Origin: Gammaproteobacteria bacterium
GTDB taxonomy: Bacteria; Pseudomonadota; Gammaproteobacteria; WFUO01
DNA: 64,000 nucleotides
Assembly (NCBI GenBank): GCA_015484945.1
Contig: WFUO01000060.1
Location: 2,536-66,535 of the forward strand
Direction: 5' to 3'
The translations under genes were made by a program, and so were the position numbers. The notes under the pieces were generated by a model, which worked only from the letters and a program-made list of their open reading frames with translations, was not told the DNA's origin and did no database searches. Shown piece by piece: positions 11,550 through 23,690 of the stretch. The first letter of the stretch is position 1. Every line of letters starts with the position of its first letter.

Positions 11550-12242
11550 ATGGCCGATGCACAGACACTGGCGGCTTCGCTGCAAACACACTTCGGAGAC
11601 CGGTTATCGAGCTGTGTCACGTCACTGGGTGAGGTGACCATAGAGGTTGCGCGCGAGAACATGCTGGGAGTGTTCCGTGATCTGCGTGACGAACCGGCGT
11701 TCTCATTCGAGGTTCTGATCGACCTGTGCGGTGTGGACTACAGCACCCTGGGCATGGACGAGTGGGAAACAGACTCGGCGACCCGTTCGGGTTTCAGCCG
11801 CGGTGTGCGGCGCGTGCGGCCCGATACTGCGTGCCACAAGCGTTTCGCCGTGGTCACCCATTTGCTGTCGATTCGCAACAACCAGCGCCTGCGTGTGCGC
11901 GTATTCGCCGAAGATGATGACATGCCGGTGGTCGATTCATTGACCGGTCTGTGGGCCTCGGTCGGCTGGTACGAACGTGAGGCATTCGACCTGTTCGGCA
12001 TCGTGTTCGAGGGGCATCCCGATCTGCGCAGAATTCTCACTGACTACGGTTTCATTGGCCATCCCTTCCGCAAGGATTTCCCGCTCAGCGGGCACGTTGA
12101 GATGATCTACGACGAGGAAAAGCAGCGTGTCGTCTATCAACCCGTAAGCATCGAGCCGCGCGTGCTGGTGCCCAGGGTGATTCGTCACGATCACCGTTAC
12201 GAGCATGCAGACGAACAGACCGGGGAGCAGGACGATGCCTGA
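11550..12242 (+). CDS. nuoC: NADH-quinone oxidoreductase subunit C
   Basis: [19 protein letters not shown] and [23 protein letters not shown]. Confidence 0.97.
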   Translation: MADAQTLAASLQTHFGDRLSSCVTSLGEVTIEVARENMLGVFRDLRDEPAFSFEVLIDLCGVDYSTLGMDEWETDSATRSGFSRGVRRVRPDTACHKRFAVVTHLLSIRNNQRLRVRVFAEDDDMPVVDSLTGLWASVGWYEREAFDLFGIVFEGHPDLRRILTDYGFIGHPFRKDFPLSGHVEMIYDEEKQRVVYQPVSIEPRVLVPRVIRHDHRYEHADEQTGEQDDA

Positions 12243-13488
12243 ATTCCGCAACCTGACGCTCAACTTCGGTCCGCAGCATCCGGCCGCGCACGGTGTGCTG
12301 CGCCTGGTGCTGGAAATGAACGGTGAGGTCATTGAACGCGCCGATCCGCACATTGGCTTGTTGCATCGTGCGACCGAGAAACTGGCCGAGAGCAAGCCCT
12401 ACAACCAGAGCATCGGCTATATGGACCGTCTCGACTATGTGTCCATGATGTGCAACGAGCACGGTTATGTGCTGGCCATAGAAAAGCTGCTGGGTATCGA
12501 GGTGCCGGAGCGCGCGCAGTACATTCGTGTGATGTTTGACGAAATCACCCGTATTCTCAACCATCTGTTGTGGCTGGGTGCGCACGCGCTGGATGTCGGT
12601 GCCATGACGGTGTTCCTGTATGCGTTCCGCGAGCGTGAGGATCTGATGGATGCCTACGAGGCCGTCTCGGGCGCGCGTCTGCACGCGACCTATTACCGCC
12701 CGGGGGGGGTCAGTCGCGATCTGCCGGACCGTATGCCGCAGTATCAGCCCAGCCGTTTCCGCAGCAAAAAGGACATCGAGCGTCTGAATGCCAACCGGCA
12801 GGGCTCCCTGCTGGATTTTCTCGAAGACTTCACCGAACGTTTTCCGCGCTACGTGGATGAATACGAGACCCTTTTGACAGACAACCGCATCTGGAAGCAG
12901 CGCACAGTGGGCATCGGCGTGGTTTCGCCCGAACGCGCCCTGCAGCTCGGTTTCAGTGGCCCGATGCTGCGCGGTTCAGGCATCGAGTGGGATCTGCGCA
13001 AGAAGCAGCCCTATGAAGTCTATGACCGGCTGGATTTCGATATTCCGGTCGGTACCAATGGCGACTGCTACGACCGTTACCTGTGCCGGGTGGAGGAGAT
13101 GCGTCAGTCGAATCGTATCATCAAGCAGTGTATCGAGTGGCTGCGCGCCAATAGCGGTCCGGTGCTGCTGGAGGATCACAAGATCACGCCGCCGCGCCGC
13201 GCCGACATGAAAGGCGACATGGAGTCGCTGATCCACCACTTCAAGCTGTTTACCGAGGGCTTCACGCTGCCCGAAGGCGAGGCCTATGCAGCAGTCGAAC
13301 ATCCCAAGGGCGAATTTGGCATCTATCTGATCTCGGATGGCGCCAACAAGCCCTATCGGATCAAGATCCGTGCGCCGGGTTTTGCCCATCTGCAGGCCAT
13401 GGACGAGATGGCACGCGGGCACATGCTGGCAGACGTGGTTGCGATCATTGGTACGCAGGATATCGTATTCGGGGAGATCGACCGGTGA
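12235..13488 (+). CDS. nuoD: NADH-quinone oxidoreductase subunit D
   Basis: ATG at 12235; [25 protein letters not shown] and DIVFGEIDR. Confidence 0.98.
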   Translation: MPEFRNLTLNFGPQHPAAHGVLRLVLEMNGEVIERADPHIGLLHRATEKLAESKPYNQSIGYMDRLDYVSMMCNEHGYVLAIEKLLGIEVPERAQYIRVMFDEITRILNHLLWLGAHALDVGAMTVFLYAFREREDLMDAYEAVSGARLHATYYRPGGVSRDLPDRMPQYQPSRFRSKKDIERLNANRQGSLLDFLEDFTERFPRYVDEYETLLTDNRIWKQRTVGIGVVSPERALQLGFSGPMLRGSGIEWDLRKKQPYEVYDRLDFDIPVGTNGDCYDRYLCRVEEMRQSNRIIKQCIEWLRANSGPVLLEDHKITPPRRADMKGDMESLIHHFKLFTEGFTLPEGEAYAAVEHPKGEFGIYLISDGANKPYRIKIRAPGFAHLQAMDEMARGHMLADVVAIIGTQDIVFGEIDR

Positions 13489-13991
13489 GCGCACAGGAAA
13501 AAGACATCATGCTGGCCGAGCTGTCGCAGCCGATTCGTGACGAGATCGATCAATGGATCGCCAAGTATCCGTCAGACCAGCGTCAGTCGGCCGTCATGGC
13601 CGCGTTGCGAATCGTTCAGGAACACAACGGCGGCTGGCTCACACAGCCACTGATGGACGCGGTGGCCGAATATCTCCAGATGCCACGTATCGCGGTGTAT
13701 GAGGTAGCCAGCTTCTATTCGATGTACGAGCACAAGCCGGTCGGTAAACACAAGATCTGCATTTGTAACAGCATCTCGTGCATGCTCAACGGTTCCGAGC
13801 GTTTGCTCGACTATCTACAGCAGAAGCTCGGCATCGGACTTGGCGAGGTGACCGAGGACGGACGTTTCTCGATCAAGGAAGTGGAATGCCTGGGTGCCTG
13901 TATCGGCGCGCCGTGCGCGATGATCGGCAAGCGTTACTACGAAAACCTGACCCCGGAGAAACTGGACCGGATCCTGGACGAACTCGACTGA
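13485..13991 (+). CDS. nuoE: NADH-quinone oxidoreductase subunit E
   Basis: GTG start; CNSISC and ECLGAC [2Fe-2S] ligands. Confidence 0.97.
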   Translation: MSAQEKDIMLAELSQPIRDEIDQWIAKYPSDQRQSAVMAALRIVQEHNGGWLTQPLMDAVAEYLQMPRIAVYEVASFYSMYEHKPVGKHKICICNSISCMLNGSERLLDYLQQKLGIGLGEVTEDGRFSIKEVECLGACIGAPCAMIGKRYYENLTPEKLDRILDELD

Positions 13992-14001
13992 GGCATAGGG
14001 C

Positions 14002-15267
14002 ATGGCGAACGAAGTCTGTTTCAGAAATCTGCACCTCGAGAGTCCATGGCAGCTGGACGCCTACCAGCTGAACGGCGGTTATGAATCATTGAGGAAGATC
14101 CTCGCCGAGAAGATAGCCCCGGAAAAGATCATCGAAGAGCTCAAGCTCTCGGCCTTGCGCGGCCGCGGTGGTGCCGGCTTTCCAACCGGGGTCAAGTGGA
14201 GTTTCATGAAGCGTGAGGCGCCTGGGCAAAAATATATCGTCTGCAACTCGGATGAGGGCGAACCCGGCACCTGCAAGGACCGCGACATTCTGCGCTACAA
14301 CCCGCACGCGGTGATCGAAGGCATGGCGATTGCCGGGTATGTGATTGGCGCCAGCGTCGGCTACAACTACATCCGGGGCGAGTTCTGGGAACCCTACGAG
14401 CGTTTCGAGGCGGCGTTGGAAGAGGCGCGCGCGGCTGGTCTGCTGGGTGAGAATATCCTTGGATCGGGTTTCGATTTCGACATTCATACGCATCTGGGCG
14501 CCGGCGCCTACATCTGTGGCGAAGAAACCGCATTGCTGGAATCCATCGAGGGCAAGAAGGGCCAGCCGCGCTTCAAGCCGCCGTTTCCGGCCAATTTCGG
14601 GCTCTATGGCTGCCCGACCACGATCAACAATACCGAGTCCCTGGCATCGGTGCCCGAGATCCTGCGCAACGGCGGGCAGTGGTTTCTGGATATCGGCAAG
14701 CCCAACAATGGCGGCAGCAAGCTGTTCTCGGTATCCGGTCATGTGAACAAGCCGGGCAATTTCGAAGTGCCCATGGGTACCCCGTTCGCCGAGTTGTTGG
14801 AGATGGCCGGCGGTGTGCGCGACGGTCACCGGCTCAAGGCCGTGATTCCGGGTGGCTCGTCGGTGCCGGTGGTACCCGGCGACGTGATGATGGATGTGGA
14901 CATGGACTATGATTCGATCTCGGCTGCCGGTTCCATGCTGGGCTCCGGCGCCGTCATCGTCATGGATGAGACCACCTGCATGGTCAAGGTGCTCGCCAAC
15001 CTCTCGCACTTCTATTACAACGAGTCCTGCGGCCAGTGCACGCCCTGCCGGGAGGGCACAGGCTGGCTGGCACGCGTGGTGCACCGTATCGAACATGGCC
15101 AGGGGCGTCAGCAGGATCTTGACATGCTGGTCGATGTGGCCGGCAAGATCGCGGGTCACACGATCTGTGCGTTGGGTGATGCCGCCGCAATGCCGGTGCA
15201 GAGCTTTCTCAAACACTACTACGACGAATTTGCCTACCATGTCGAGCATCGCAAATGCATGGTATGA
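14002..15267 (+). CDS. nuoF: NADH-quinone oxidoreductase subunit F
   Basis: [26 protein letters not shown] and [12 protein letters not shown]. Confidence 0.98.
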   Translation: MANEVCFRNLHLESPWQLDAYQLNGGYESLRKILAEKIAPEKIIEELKLSALRGRGGAGFPTGVKWSFMKREAPGQKYIVCNSDEGEPGTCKDRDILRYNPHAVIEGMAIAGYVIGASVGYNYIRGEFWEPYERFEAALEEARAAGLLGENILGSGFDFDIHTHLGAGAYICGEETALLESIEGKKGQPRFKPPFPANFGLYGCPTTINNTESLASVPEILRNGGQWFLDIGKPNNGGSKLFSVSGHVNKPGNFEVPMGTPFAELLEMAGGVRDGHRLKAVIPGGSSVPVVPGDVMMDVDMDYDSISAAGSMLGSGAVIVMDETTCMVKVLANLSHFYYNESCGQCTPCREGTGWLARVVHRIEHGQGRQQDLDMLVDVAGKIAGHTICALGDAAAMPVQSFLKHYYDEFAYHVEHRKCMV

Positions 15268-15282
15268 GGCCGGGAACGGGAT

Positions 15283-17652
15283 ATGAGTGAAGAGGTCACA
15301 TTCACGATCGAGATAGACGGCGTCAGCCTCGAGGCCAGGCCCGGCCAGATGTTGATCGAGGTCGCCGATGCCGCGGGTATCGACATCCCGCGTTTTTGCT
15401 ATCACGACAAACTGTCAGTGGCAGCCAACTGCCGTATGTGCCTGGTGGACGTTGAAAAGGCACCCAAACCGCTGCCGGCCTGCGCCACACCGGTCATGGA
15501 CGGCATGGTCGTGCATACCCGTTCGCCGCGCGCGCTGGCTGCGCAGAAGGCCACGATGGAGTTTCTGCTCATCAACCATCCGCTCGACTGCCCGATCTGT
15601 GACCAGGGCGGCGAGTGCGAATTACAGGACATCGCGGTCGGTTATGGGCGTGATGTGTCGCAGTACAGTGAAGGCAAGCGCGTGGTCGGTGACCGTAACA
15701 TCGGTCCCCTGATCGCCACCGAGATGACTCGTTGCATCCACTGCACGCGTTGTGTGCGGTTCGGTCAGGAGATCGCCGGCATCCGCGAGCTGGGCGCCAC
15801 CGGTCGCGGCGAGCACACCACCATTGGCACCTATATCGAGGCCTCAGTCGATTCCGAGCTGTCCGGCAATGTCATCGACCTGTGTCCTGTCGGTGCGCTC
15901 ACCGCCAAACCGTCGCGCTATTCGGCGCGCGCCTGGGAGCTGGTCCAGCATCAGGGTGTGGCCGCGCACGATTGCGTTGGGTCCAATATCTTCGTGCATA
16001 CCTTCCGTGGCCGGGTCAATCGCGTGGTGCCGCGCACCAACGAGGCCATCAATGAATGCTGGATATCCGACCGGGATCGATTCTCGTATGCCGGGCTGAC
16101 GCATGAGTCGCGCCTGGAGCGGCCCATGGTCAGGCTGGATGGCGAATGGCGCGAGACGAGTTGGGAATCCGCGCTGGATATGACCGCACGCAAGCTTCGT
16201 GAAGCCGGCGCAGATACTGATATTCTGGTATCGCCAAGTGCCACGACCGAAGAGATGTATCTGCTTGGCAGGCTGGTACGCGCGCTCGGCGGCGCCAATA
16301 TCGATCATCGACTGCGTCAAAGCGATTTCACGGGTGAACAGGCCATGCCCGCGATGCCATTGCTGGGTGTCGGTATCGACGAACTGGAGAAGCGTGATTC
16401 GGTATTGCTGGTTGGCTCAAACGTGCGCAAGGAACAGCCCATGATCTCCCATCGCCTGCGCAAGGCGGCACTAAAGGGTGCCGAGGTCATGTTCATCAAT
16501 GCCCGCGAATACCCACTCAATTTTCCTGTTGCACACAGCCTCGTCGGGCATGATGCCGGGATCGTGCAACATCTTGCCGGCGTCACACGCGCCGCGCTGG
16601 ATGCAGCGGGCCGGCAGGCTCCGGCGCATCTGCATGCCCTGCTGGACGGCATAGAGGTCGAGGCCACACACCAGGCCATGGCCACCAGCCTGGCCGGGGC
16701 CGGCAACAGCAGTGTGATTCTGGGCACCCAGGCCAGCCAGATGCCCGGCTATTCGGCCCTGGTGCAACTGGCCAACGCGCTTGCAGAGGCGACCGCATCG
16801 AGTTGCGGCTTTCTTACCGACGGCGCCAACAGTGCCGGCGCGTGGGTTGCTGGTGCAGTGCCACACCGGCATCCGGGCGGCACCGCGGACGACGCGCCGG
16901 GCAGGAATATGGCAAACATGTTGAGCCGGCCCGCAGACGCCTGCGTACTGTTCGGCATCGAGCCGGAGTACGACTGCGCCGACCCGGGGGCAGTCATGGA
17001 TTGGCTGCGTGCCTGTGGTTCGGTCATCGTCATGACCGCCTATGTCAGCGACACGATGAAGGAATATGCCGATGTATTGCTGCCGATTGCGCCGTTCAGC
17101 GAGACCTCAGGCACCTTTGTCAATGCCAGTGGCGAGTGGCAGAGCTTCCAGGGCGCCAGCCGCGCGCTAGGTGAGAGCAGGCCCGGTTGGAAGGTGCTCA
17201 GGGTACTGGGCAACCTGTGTGACATCGATGGCTTCGATTACCAGACCTCAGAAGATGTACTGAACGAGCTGCGCGAATTTGTCGAGGACAGCAACGCCAG
17301 CCAGGCGATCGCGGTCGTGGATGAAATTGCCCGGCCACAGATGGCGGGCGGGCTGGCAAGGATATCCGCCGTGGCCATACACAACGTCGATGCCATCGTC
17401 AGACGCTCGGCGCCCCTGCAGCAGACCCATGACGCCGAACCGGGCATCGTGAGGATCAACAGCGGTCTGGCACGGAAGCTGGGTTTCAGCGATGTGGTCA
17501 GGGTGCTGGTCAAACAGGGCGGCCGGCAGAGCAGCATGGCGCTGGAAATCGACGACAGTATTCCGGACGACTGTGTTTGGGTACCGGCGGCCTGCGAGGG
17601 CAGTGCGCAACTGGGCCCGATGTACGGCCCTGTGGAACTGGAGGCCGACTAA
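15283..17652 (+). CDS. nuoG: NADH-quinone oxidoreductase subunit G
   Basis: PRFCYH, NCRMCLV, HPLDCPICDQGGEC, RCIHCTRC and DLCPVGAL. Confidence 0.98.
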   Translation: MSEEVTFTIEIDGVSLEARPGQMLIEVADAAGIDIPRFCYHDKLSVAANCRMCLVDVEKAPKPLPACATPVMDGMVVHTRSPRALAAQKATMEFLLINHPLDCPICDQGGECELQDIAVGYGRDVSQYSEGKRVVGDRNIGPLIATEMTRCIHCTRCVRFGQEIAGIRELGATGRGEHTTIGTYIEASVDSELSGNVIDLCPVGALTAKPSRYSARAWELVQHQGVAAHDCVGSNIFVHTFRGRVNRVVPRTNEAINECWISDRDRFSYAGLTHESRLERPMVRLDGEWRETSWESALDMTARKLREAGADTDILVSPSATTEEMYLLGRLVRALGGANIDHRLRQSDFTGEQAMPAMPLLGVGIDELEKRDSVLLVGSNVRKEQPMISHRLRKAALKGAEVMFINAREYPLNFPVAHSLVGHDAGIVQHLAGVTRAALDAAGRQAPAHLHALLDGIEVEATHQAMATSLAGAGNSSVILGTQASQMPGYSALVQLANALAEATASSCGFLTDGANSAGAWVAGAVPHRHPGGTADDAPGRNMANMLSRPADACVLFGIEPEYDCADPGAVMDWLRACGSVIVMTAYVSDTMKEYADVLLPIAPFSETSGTFVNASGEWQSFQGASRALGESRPGWKVLRVLGNLCDIDGFDYQTSEDVLNELREFVEDSNASQAIAVVDEIARPQMAGGLARISAVAIHNVDAIVRRSAPLQQTHDAEPGIVRINSGLARKLGFSDVVRVLVKQGGRQSSMALEIDDSIPDDCVWVPAACEGSAQLGPMYGPVELEAD

Positions 17653-17664
17653 CGGATCAACGAC

Positions 17665-18687
17665 ATGCTTGAAATGTTCTACGACGTCATCTGGATCGTG
17701 CTCAAGATCGCCCTGATACTGGCCCCGCTGCTGGTCGGCGTGGCCTATCTGACCTACGCCGAACGCAAGCTGATCGGCTACATGCAGGTACGTCTGGGCC
17801 CCAACCGTGTCGGGCCCAAGGGCTGGCTGCAACCGATCGCCGATGCCGTGAAGCTGGTATTCAAGGAAATCGTCATTCCCACGCGTTCCAACCGTTATCT
17901 GTTCCTGCTTGCGCCGTTGATCTCCATGGGGCCGGCACTCGCAGCCTGGGCCGTGGTGCCGTTTGGCGAGCACCTGGTCCTGGCCGATATCAATGCCAGC
18001 CTGCTCTATATCCTTGCGCTGACCTCGGTGGGCGTCTATGGCATCATCATTGCCGGCTGGGCGTCAAATTCCAAGTATGCCTTCCTTGGCGCCATGCGGT
18101 CGGCTGCGCAGATCGTCTCGTATGAAATCGCGATGGGCTTTGCGCTTGTCGGTGTCCTGATGGCGGCCTCGTCGCTGAACCTGAAGGAGATCGTGCTGCA
18201 ACAATCGGGGAGTGTGCTGCACTGGTACTGGCTGCCTTTGCTGCCGTTGTTCGTGATCTATTTCATCTCGGGCGTGGCGGAAACCAACCGCGCACCGTTC
18301 GATGTCGCCGAGGGCGAGTCCGAGATCGTGGCCGGTTTCCATGTCGAGTATTCCGGCGCGGCGTTTGCGATCTTCTTTCTTGCCGAATACGCCAATATCA
18401 TCCTGATCTCATTGCTCACGGTGCTGATGTTCTTCGGTGGCTGGCTGTCACCGTTCCAGGGTACGTTCATGGAGGACTGGTTTGCCTGGATGCCAGGTCT
18501 GGGCTGGCTGCTGGCCAAGACCGCATTCTTCGCCTTCCTGTTCCTGTGGTTCAGGGCCACGTTTCCACGTTACCGCTATGACCAGATCATGCGTTTGGGC
18601 TGGAAGGTATTCATTCCGTTGACCATTATCTGGCTGCTGGTCGTGGGCGTCATGATCGTGGCCAAGCTGCCGCCGTGGTTTGCGTAG
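17665..18687 (+). CDS. nuoH: NADH-quinone oxidoreductase subunit H
   Basis: [23 protein letters not shown] and PRYRYDQIM. Confidence 0.98.
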   Translation: MLEMFYDVIWIVLKIALILAPLLVGVAYLTYAERKLIGYMQVRLGPNRVGPKGWLQPIADAVKLVFKEIVIPTRSNRYLFLLAPLISMGPALAAWAVVPFGEHLVLADINASLLYILALTSVGVYGIIIAGWASNSKYAFLGAMRSAAQIVSYEIAMGFALVGVLMAASSLNLKEIVLQQSGSVLHWYWLPLLPLFVIYFISGVAETNRAPFDVAEGESEIVAGFHVEYSGAAFAIFFLAEYANIILISLLTVLMFFGGWLSPFQGTFMEDWFAWMPGLGWLLAKTAFFAFLFLWFRATFPRYRYDQIMRLGWKVFIPLTIIWLLVVGVMIVAKLPPWFA

Positions 18688-18695
18688 GAGTCCGC

Positions 18696-19184
18696 ATGTC
18701 CAGATTGAAACACATCATAAAAAGCCTGCTGCTCCTGGAATTGCTCAAGGGCATGCGTCTGACCGGGCGTTACCTGTTTTCGCGCAAGATTACCATCCAA
18801 TACCCGGAGGAGAAGACGCCCATATCACCGCGCTTCCGCGGACTGCATGCATTGCGCCGTTATCCGAATGGCGAGGAGCGTTGTATCGCCTGCAAGTTGT
18901 GTGAGGCCGTTTGCCCGGCGCTGGCGATTACCATCGATTCGGAGCAACGTGAGGATGGAACCCGGCGCACGACACGATATGACATCGATCTGTTCAAGTG
19001 CATCTTCTGCGGTTTTTGTGAAGAGGCCTGTCCGGTGGACTCCATCGTCGAGACACGCCACTTCGAATACCACTTCGAAAAGCGTGGTGAACAGATCATG
19101 ACCAAACAGAAACTGCTCGCCATCGGCGATAGATTCGAGGAACAACTGGCCAGGGACAGGGCGGCAGACGCCCCGTACCGGTAA
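18696..19184 (+). CDS. nuoI: NADH-quinone oxidoreductase subunit I
   Basis: ATG at 18696 after AGGAG; [12 protein letters not shown] and [12 protein letters not shown]. Confidence 0.98.
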   Translation: MSRLKHIIKSLLLLELLKGMRLTGRYLFSRKITIQYPEEKTPISPRFRGLHALRRYPNGEERCIACKLCEAVCPALAITIDSEQREDGTRRTTRYDIDLFKCIFCGFCEEACPVDSIVETRHFEYHFEKRGEQIMTKQKLLAIGDRFEEQLARDRAADAPYR

Positions 19185-19211
19185 TGCGGACCGACAGAGT
19201 GACAACAGACC

Positions 19212-19814
19212 ATGGCATTTGAAAAAATCATTTTCTATCTGTTCTCCGCCATCCTGGTGCTGGCTGCCCTGCGCGTGATCACGGCGCGCAACCCTGTGCA
19301 TTCCGCATTGTTCCTTGTACTGGCATTCTTCAGCAGCGCTGCTATCTGGGTTCTGCTCGAGGCCGAGTTCCTTGGCATCGTGCTGGTGCTGGTCTATGTA
19401 GGTGCGGTAATGGTGCTGTTCCTGTTTGTGGTGATGATGCTCAATATCAACATTGCGCAGTTGCGCGCAGGATTCATCCGTTACCTGCCGCTGGGTGCGG
19501 CGATTGGGCTGGTTGTGGTGGCTGAAATGGCCATCGTCATGATTCGCAACTTCGGCCTCGACAAGGTGGCCAGGCCGGCTGCCAAGGCCGCCGACTACAA
19601 CAATACCGAGGCCATTGGACGGGTGTTGTACACCAAGTATCTGTATGCGTTCGAGATTGCCGCGGTGATCCTGCTGGTTGCCATTATCGCTGCCATTGCC
19701 CTGACCATGCGCAGGCGCAAGGATACCAAGCATCAGAATCCCTCCGAGCAGGTGAGGGTGCGCAAGCAGGACCGCTTGAGGGTCGTGAAGATGGACGCAG
19801 AGAAGAAACAATAA
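19212..19814 (+). CDS. nuoJ: NADH-quinone oxidoreductase subunit J
   Basis: RNPVHSALFL and VYVGAVMVLFLFVVMML. Confidence 0.97.
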   Translation: MAFEKIIFYLFSAILVLAALRVITARNPVHSALFLVLAFFSSAAIWVLLEAEFLGIVLVLVYVGAVMVLFLFVVMMLNINIAQLRAGFIRYLPLGAAIGLVVVAEMAIVMIRNFGLDKVARPAAKAADYNNTEAIGRVLYTKYLYAFEIAAVILLVAIIAAIALTMRRRKDTKHQNPSEQVRVRKQDRLRVVKMDAEKKQ

Positions 19815-19826
19815 CGGGGATAGCCG

Positions 19827-20141
19827 ATGGCACTGTCTGATTTTCTCATCGTTGGCGCGATACTGTTTTGCCTGAGCCTGGCGGGCATATTCCTCAACCG
19901 GAAGAATGTCCTGATCCTGCTGATGTCGATAGAGTTGATGCTGCTGGCGGTGAACATGAACTTCATTGCCTTCTCGCACTATATGAAGGATGCCGCTGCA
20001 CAGGTGGATGGGCAGATCTTCGTGTTCTTCATTCTTACCGTGGCGGCGGCAGAAGCGGCGATCGGACTGGCGATCCTGGTGGTGATGTACAGAAACCGTA
20101 ACACCATCGATGTCGAAGACATGGATACCATGAAGGGGTAG
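19827..20141 (+). CDS. nuoK: NADH-quinone oxidoreductase subunit K
   Basis: [12 protein letters not shown] and [12 protein letters not shown]. Confidence 0.97.
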   Translation: MALSDFLIVGAILFCLSLAGIFLNRKNVLILLMSIELMLLAVNMNFIAFSHYMKDAAAQVDGQIFVFFILTVAAAEAAIGLAILVVMYRNRNTIDVEDMDTMKG

Positions 20142-20146
20142 CACAC

Positions 20147-22108
20147 GTGAGCGCAAACATGCAGTCGATCTACCTGGGCATACCACTAGCGCCGCTTGCG
20201 GGCGCCATCGTTGCCGGGCTGTTTGGCCGGCAGATCGGCAGGGCGGGAGCGCACTGGGCGGCCATCATCGGTGTCGGCATCGCCTTCGTGTTGTCGTTGA
20301 TCGTGTTCAAGCACCACATCATCGACGGCGCCCCTGATTTCAACGGCAATGTCTATACCTGGATCGAGAGCGGCGTACTTCATCTCGGTGTTGGTTTCCT
20401 TATCGACCCGCTGACCTGCATCATGCTCGTTGTGGTGACCTTCGTTTCGCTGATGGTGCACATATACACCATCGGCTACATGCACGATGATCCCGGATAC
20501 CAGCGATTCTTCAGCTATATCGCCCTGTTCACGTTCTCCATGCTGATGCTGGTCATGGCCAACAACTTCATGCAGCTGTTCTTCGGCTGGGAGGCCGTGG
20601 GCCTGGTTTCGTATCTGCTGATCGGTTTCTGGTTCAAGCGTCCCTCGGCGGTATATGCCAATCTCAAGGCGTTTCTCGTCAACCGCGTGGGTGATTTTGG
20701 ATTTCTGCTGGGCATTGCGGCCGTAGCGCTGTATTTCGGATCACTGGACTACGCCACGGTATTCAGGGCCGCGCCGGGAGTGGCCAGTGAAACCATGCCG
20801 ATTATGGCCGGTGTGGAGTGGAACGTGATCACCGTTACCTGCATCCTGCTGTTCATCGGCGCAATGGGCAAGTCGGCGCAGGTGCCATTACACGTGTGGT
20901 TGCCGGATTCCATGGAAGGTCCGACGCCAATATCGGCATTGATCCATGCCGCGACCATGGTTACAGCCGGCATCTTCATGGTGGCACGCATGTCACCGTT
21001 GTTCGAGCTGTCGAGCACCGCACTGAGTGTTGTGCTGGTAATCGGCGCGATAACGGCCCTGTTCATGGGTTTTCTTGGCCTGGTACAGAACGACATCAAG
21101 CGTGTGGTGGCCTATTCGACCCTTTCGCAACTGGGTTACATGACCGTGGCACTGGGCGCCTCCGCCTATGCTGCGGGTATCTTTCACCTGATGACGCACG
21201 CCTTCTTCAAGGCGCTGCTATTCCTCGGTGCGGGTTCGGTGATCATCGCCATGCATCACGAACAGGACATGCGCAAGATGGGTGGCCTGAAGAAATACAT
21301 GCCGATCACCTACTGGACTGCGTTGATCGGGTCGCTGGCATTGATCGGGTTTCCGTTCCTGTCCGGTTTCTACTCCAAGGATGCAATCATCGAGGCGGTC
21401 CATCATTCGACCATTGCCGGTTCCACATTTGCCTATTGGGCTGTGCTGTTGGGTGTGTTCATCACCGCGTTGTACAGTTTCCGAATGTTCTTTATGGTAT
21501 TCCATGGCAAGGAGCGCATGGATGAACATACCCGCGAGCATCTGCGTGAAAGCCCCGCGGTCGTCACTGTGCCACTGATCCTGCTGGCCATACCCTCGGC
21601 CATTATCGGGTTTCTGGCTGTCGAGCCGATGTTGTTCGGCGGTTATTTCGGCAATGCGATCAAGGTGTCGGAACCGAATGTGTTGGCCGAGATCGGAAAA
21701 GATTTTCATGGTGCTGCGGCCTTCGCCCTGCATGGCATGACACAGCCGCCATTCATGCTCGCCATGGCCGGTGTTCTGGCCGCGTGGTTCTTCACCCTCA
21801 GGCGTCCTGACCTGGCGGATGCGATCAAGACGCGCTTTGGCCTGATATACCGGATTTTGCTGGACAAGTACGGTTTTGACCGATTCAACGAGATCGTCTT
21901 TGCCGGTGGAGGGCGCAAGATCGGCCGTATATTGTGGCGCTTTGGCGACATGCGTCTGATCGACGGTCTGATCGTCAACGGTTCCGCACGTGTGGTCGGT
22001 TGGGTTGCGGGCATCGTCCGTCATGTACAGACCGGTTACCTGTATCACTACGCATTCATGATGATCCTGGGTCTGTTGTTCTTCATGACCTGGCTGATAA
22101 TGCGCTGA
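20147..22108 (+). CDS. nuoL: NADH-quinone oxidoreductase subunit L
   Basis: GKSAQVPLHVWLPDSMEGPTPISALIHAATMV and THAFFKALLFL; GTG start (ATG 20159 alternative). Confidence 0.98.
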   Translation: MSANMQSIYLGIPLAPLAGAIVAGLFGRQIGRAGAHWAAIIGVGIAFVLSLIVFKHHIIDGAPDFNGNVYTWIESGVLHLGVGFLIDPLTCIMLVVVTFVSLMVHIYTIGYMHDDPGYQRFFSYIALFTFSMLMLVMANNFMQLFFGWEAVGLVSYLLIGFWFKRPSAVYANLKAFLVNRVGDFGFLLGIAAVALYFGSLDYATVFRAAPGVASETMPIMAGVEWNVITVTCILLFIGAMGKSAQVPLHVWLPDSMEGPTPISALIHAATMVTAGIFMVARMSPLFELSSTALSVVLVIGAITALFMGFLGLVQNDIKRVVAYSTLSQLGYMTVALGASAYAAGIFHLMTHAFFKALLFLGAGSVIIAMHHEQDMRKMGGLKKYMPITYWTALIGSLALIGFPFLSGFYSKDAIIEAVHHSTIAGSTFAYWAVLLGVFITALYSFRMFFMVFHGKERMDEHTREHLRESPAVVTVPLILLAIPSAIIGFLAVEPMLFGGYFGNAIKVSEPNVLAEIGKDFHGAAAFALHGMTQPPFMLAMAGVLAAWFFTLRRPDLADAIKTRFGLIYRILLDKYGFDRFNEIVFAGGGRKIGRILWRFGDMRLIDGLIVNGSARVVGWVAGIVRHVQTGYLYHYAFMMILGLLFFMTWLIMR

Positions 22109-22132
22109 ATGGTCTGCAAGGGATGAAATTGC

Positions 22133-23668
22133 ATGTTTGAAGCAAATCTCAGTCTGACAATCTGGATCCCGGTCATCGGTGGCCTGCTGATCCTGATCGC
22201 CGGTGACAAATGGTCGCGGCAACTGGCCCTGCTGTTTTCGGTTGCCACCTTCGTGATCAGCATTCCACTGTGGACCCAGTTCGATTCAGGCACTGCGGCC
22301 ATGCAGTTCGTTGAGAAGCGGCCCTGGGTAGATACCTTCAATATCTATTACCACTTGGGTGTGGACGGTTTCTCCATGCCGCTGATTGTACTGACCACAT
22401 TCATGACCGTCATCGTCGTTATCTCGGCATGGGAAGTGATCAAGAAACGTCCCGCACAGTATATGGCCGCCTTCCTGATCATGGAAGGTATCATGGTCGG
22501 TGTGTTCAGCGCGCTTGATGCAGTGTTGTTCTACATCTTCTGGGAGGCAATGCTGATCCCGATGTTCCTGATCATTGGCATCTGGGGTGGGCCGAACAGG
22601 GTATATGCAACCATTAAATTCTTTTTGTACACCTTCCTTGGTTCGGTTCTCATGCTGGTTGCGCTGATCTACCTGTATCTCAAGACTGGCGACACCGCAG
22701 CCGCACGCAGTTTCTCGATACTCGATTTCCACAAGCTGCCACTGACGCTTACCGAGCAGATCTATATCTTCCTGGCTTTCCTTCTGGCCTTTGCCGTCAA
22801 GGTGCCCATGTGGCCGGTGCATACCTGGCTGCCCGACGCACACGTCGAGGCGCCGACTGGTGGTTCGGTGATCCTTGCAGCGATCATGCTCAAGATCGGT
22901 GGTTATGGTTTTCTGCGTTTCAGCCTGCCGATCACCCCGGATGCCAGCCGTGAACTGGACTGGTTGATCATTCTGCTGTCACTGGTGGCAGTGGTCTATA
23001 TAGGTCTCGTGGCGCTGGTGCAAAAGGATATGAAGAAACTGATCGCCTATTCGTCGATCGCGCACATGGGTTTTGTGACCCTGGGTCTGTTCATTGCGTT
23101 TGCCATTTTCTCCAACCCCGAGATTGCTGGTCAGTCAGCGCGTTTCAAGACGGCGGCCCTGGGCATCGAGGGCGCCATGGTGCAGATGATCTCGCACGGG
23201 TTCATATCCGGCGCCATGTTCCTGTGCGTGGGCGTATTGTACGACCGGCTGCACACCCGGGAGATCTCGGCCTATGGCGGGGTCGCGAATGTAATGCCGA
23301 AGTTCGCCATGTTCATGGTGTTGTTTGCCATGGCCAACGCCGGTCTGCCAGGGACATCGGGTTTTGTTGGCGAGTTCATGGTCATCATCAGCAGCTTCTC
23401 TGCCAATATCTGGTATGCCTTTCTGGCTGCGACGACCCTGGTCATTGGCGCCGCCTATACGCTGTGGATGGTCAGGCGGGTATTGTATGGTGAGGTGGCC
23501 AACGACAATGTCGCAACATTGAAGGATATCGGTACGCGTGAGTACTTCATGCTCGCACTGCTGGCCATCGCCGTGTTGCTGGTAGGTGTGTGGCCCGCGC
23601 CAATAACCGAGGTATTGCACAGCAGTGTCAATAATCTGCTGCAGCACATCGCCGTGCCCAAGTACTGA
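22133..23668 (+). CDS. nuoM: NADH-quinone oxidoreductase subunit M
   Basis: [24 protein letters not shown] and [11 protein letters not shown]. Confidence 0.98.
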   Translation: MFEANLSLTIWIPVIGGLLILIAGDKWSRQLALLFSVATFVISIPLWTQFDSGTAAMQFVEKRPWVDTFNIYYHLGVDGFSMPLIVLTTFMTVIVVISAWEVIKKRPAQYMAAFLIMEGIMVGVFSALDAVLFYIFWEAMLIPMFLIIGIWGGPNRVYATIKFFLYTFLGSVLMLVALIYLYLKTGDTAAARSFSILDFHKLPLTLTEQIYIFLAFLLAFAVKVPMWPVHTWLPDAHVEAPTGGSVILAAIMLKIGGYGFLRFSLPITPDASRELDWLIILLSLVAVVYIGLVALVQKDMKKLIAYSSIAHMGFVTLGLFIAFAIFSNPEIAGQSARFKTAALGIEGAMVQMISHGFISGAMFLCVGVLYDRLHTREISAYGGVANVMPKFAMFMVLFAMANAGLPGTSGFVGEFMVIISSFSANIWYAFLAATTLVIGAAYTLWMVRRVLYGEVANDNVATLKDIGTREYFMLALLAIAVLLVGVWPAPITEVLHSSVNNLLQHIAVPKY

Positions 23669-23690
23669 ACATGCATGTGAGGAACAAGTC

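Noticed and set aside
11750-11840. Insertion in NuoC ([15 protein letters not shown]) and separate nuoC/nuoD genes
   Set aside because: This is a known feature of this complex I lineage in non-enteric Gammaproteobacteria.
12702-12709. G8 homopolymer in nuoD as a phase-variation tract
   Set aside because: It is in frame and encodes the conserved RPGGV motif of a core gene.
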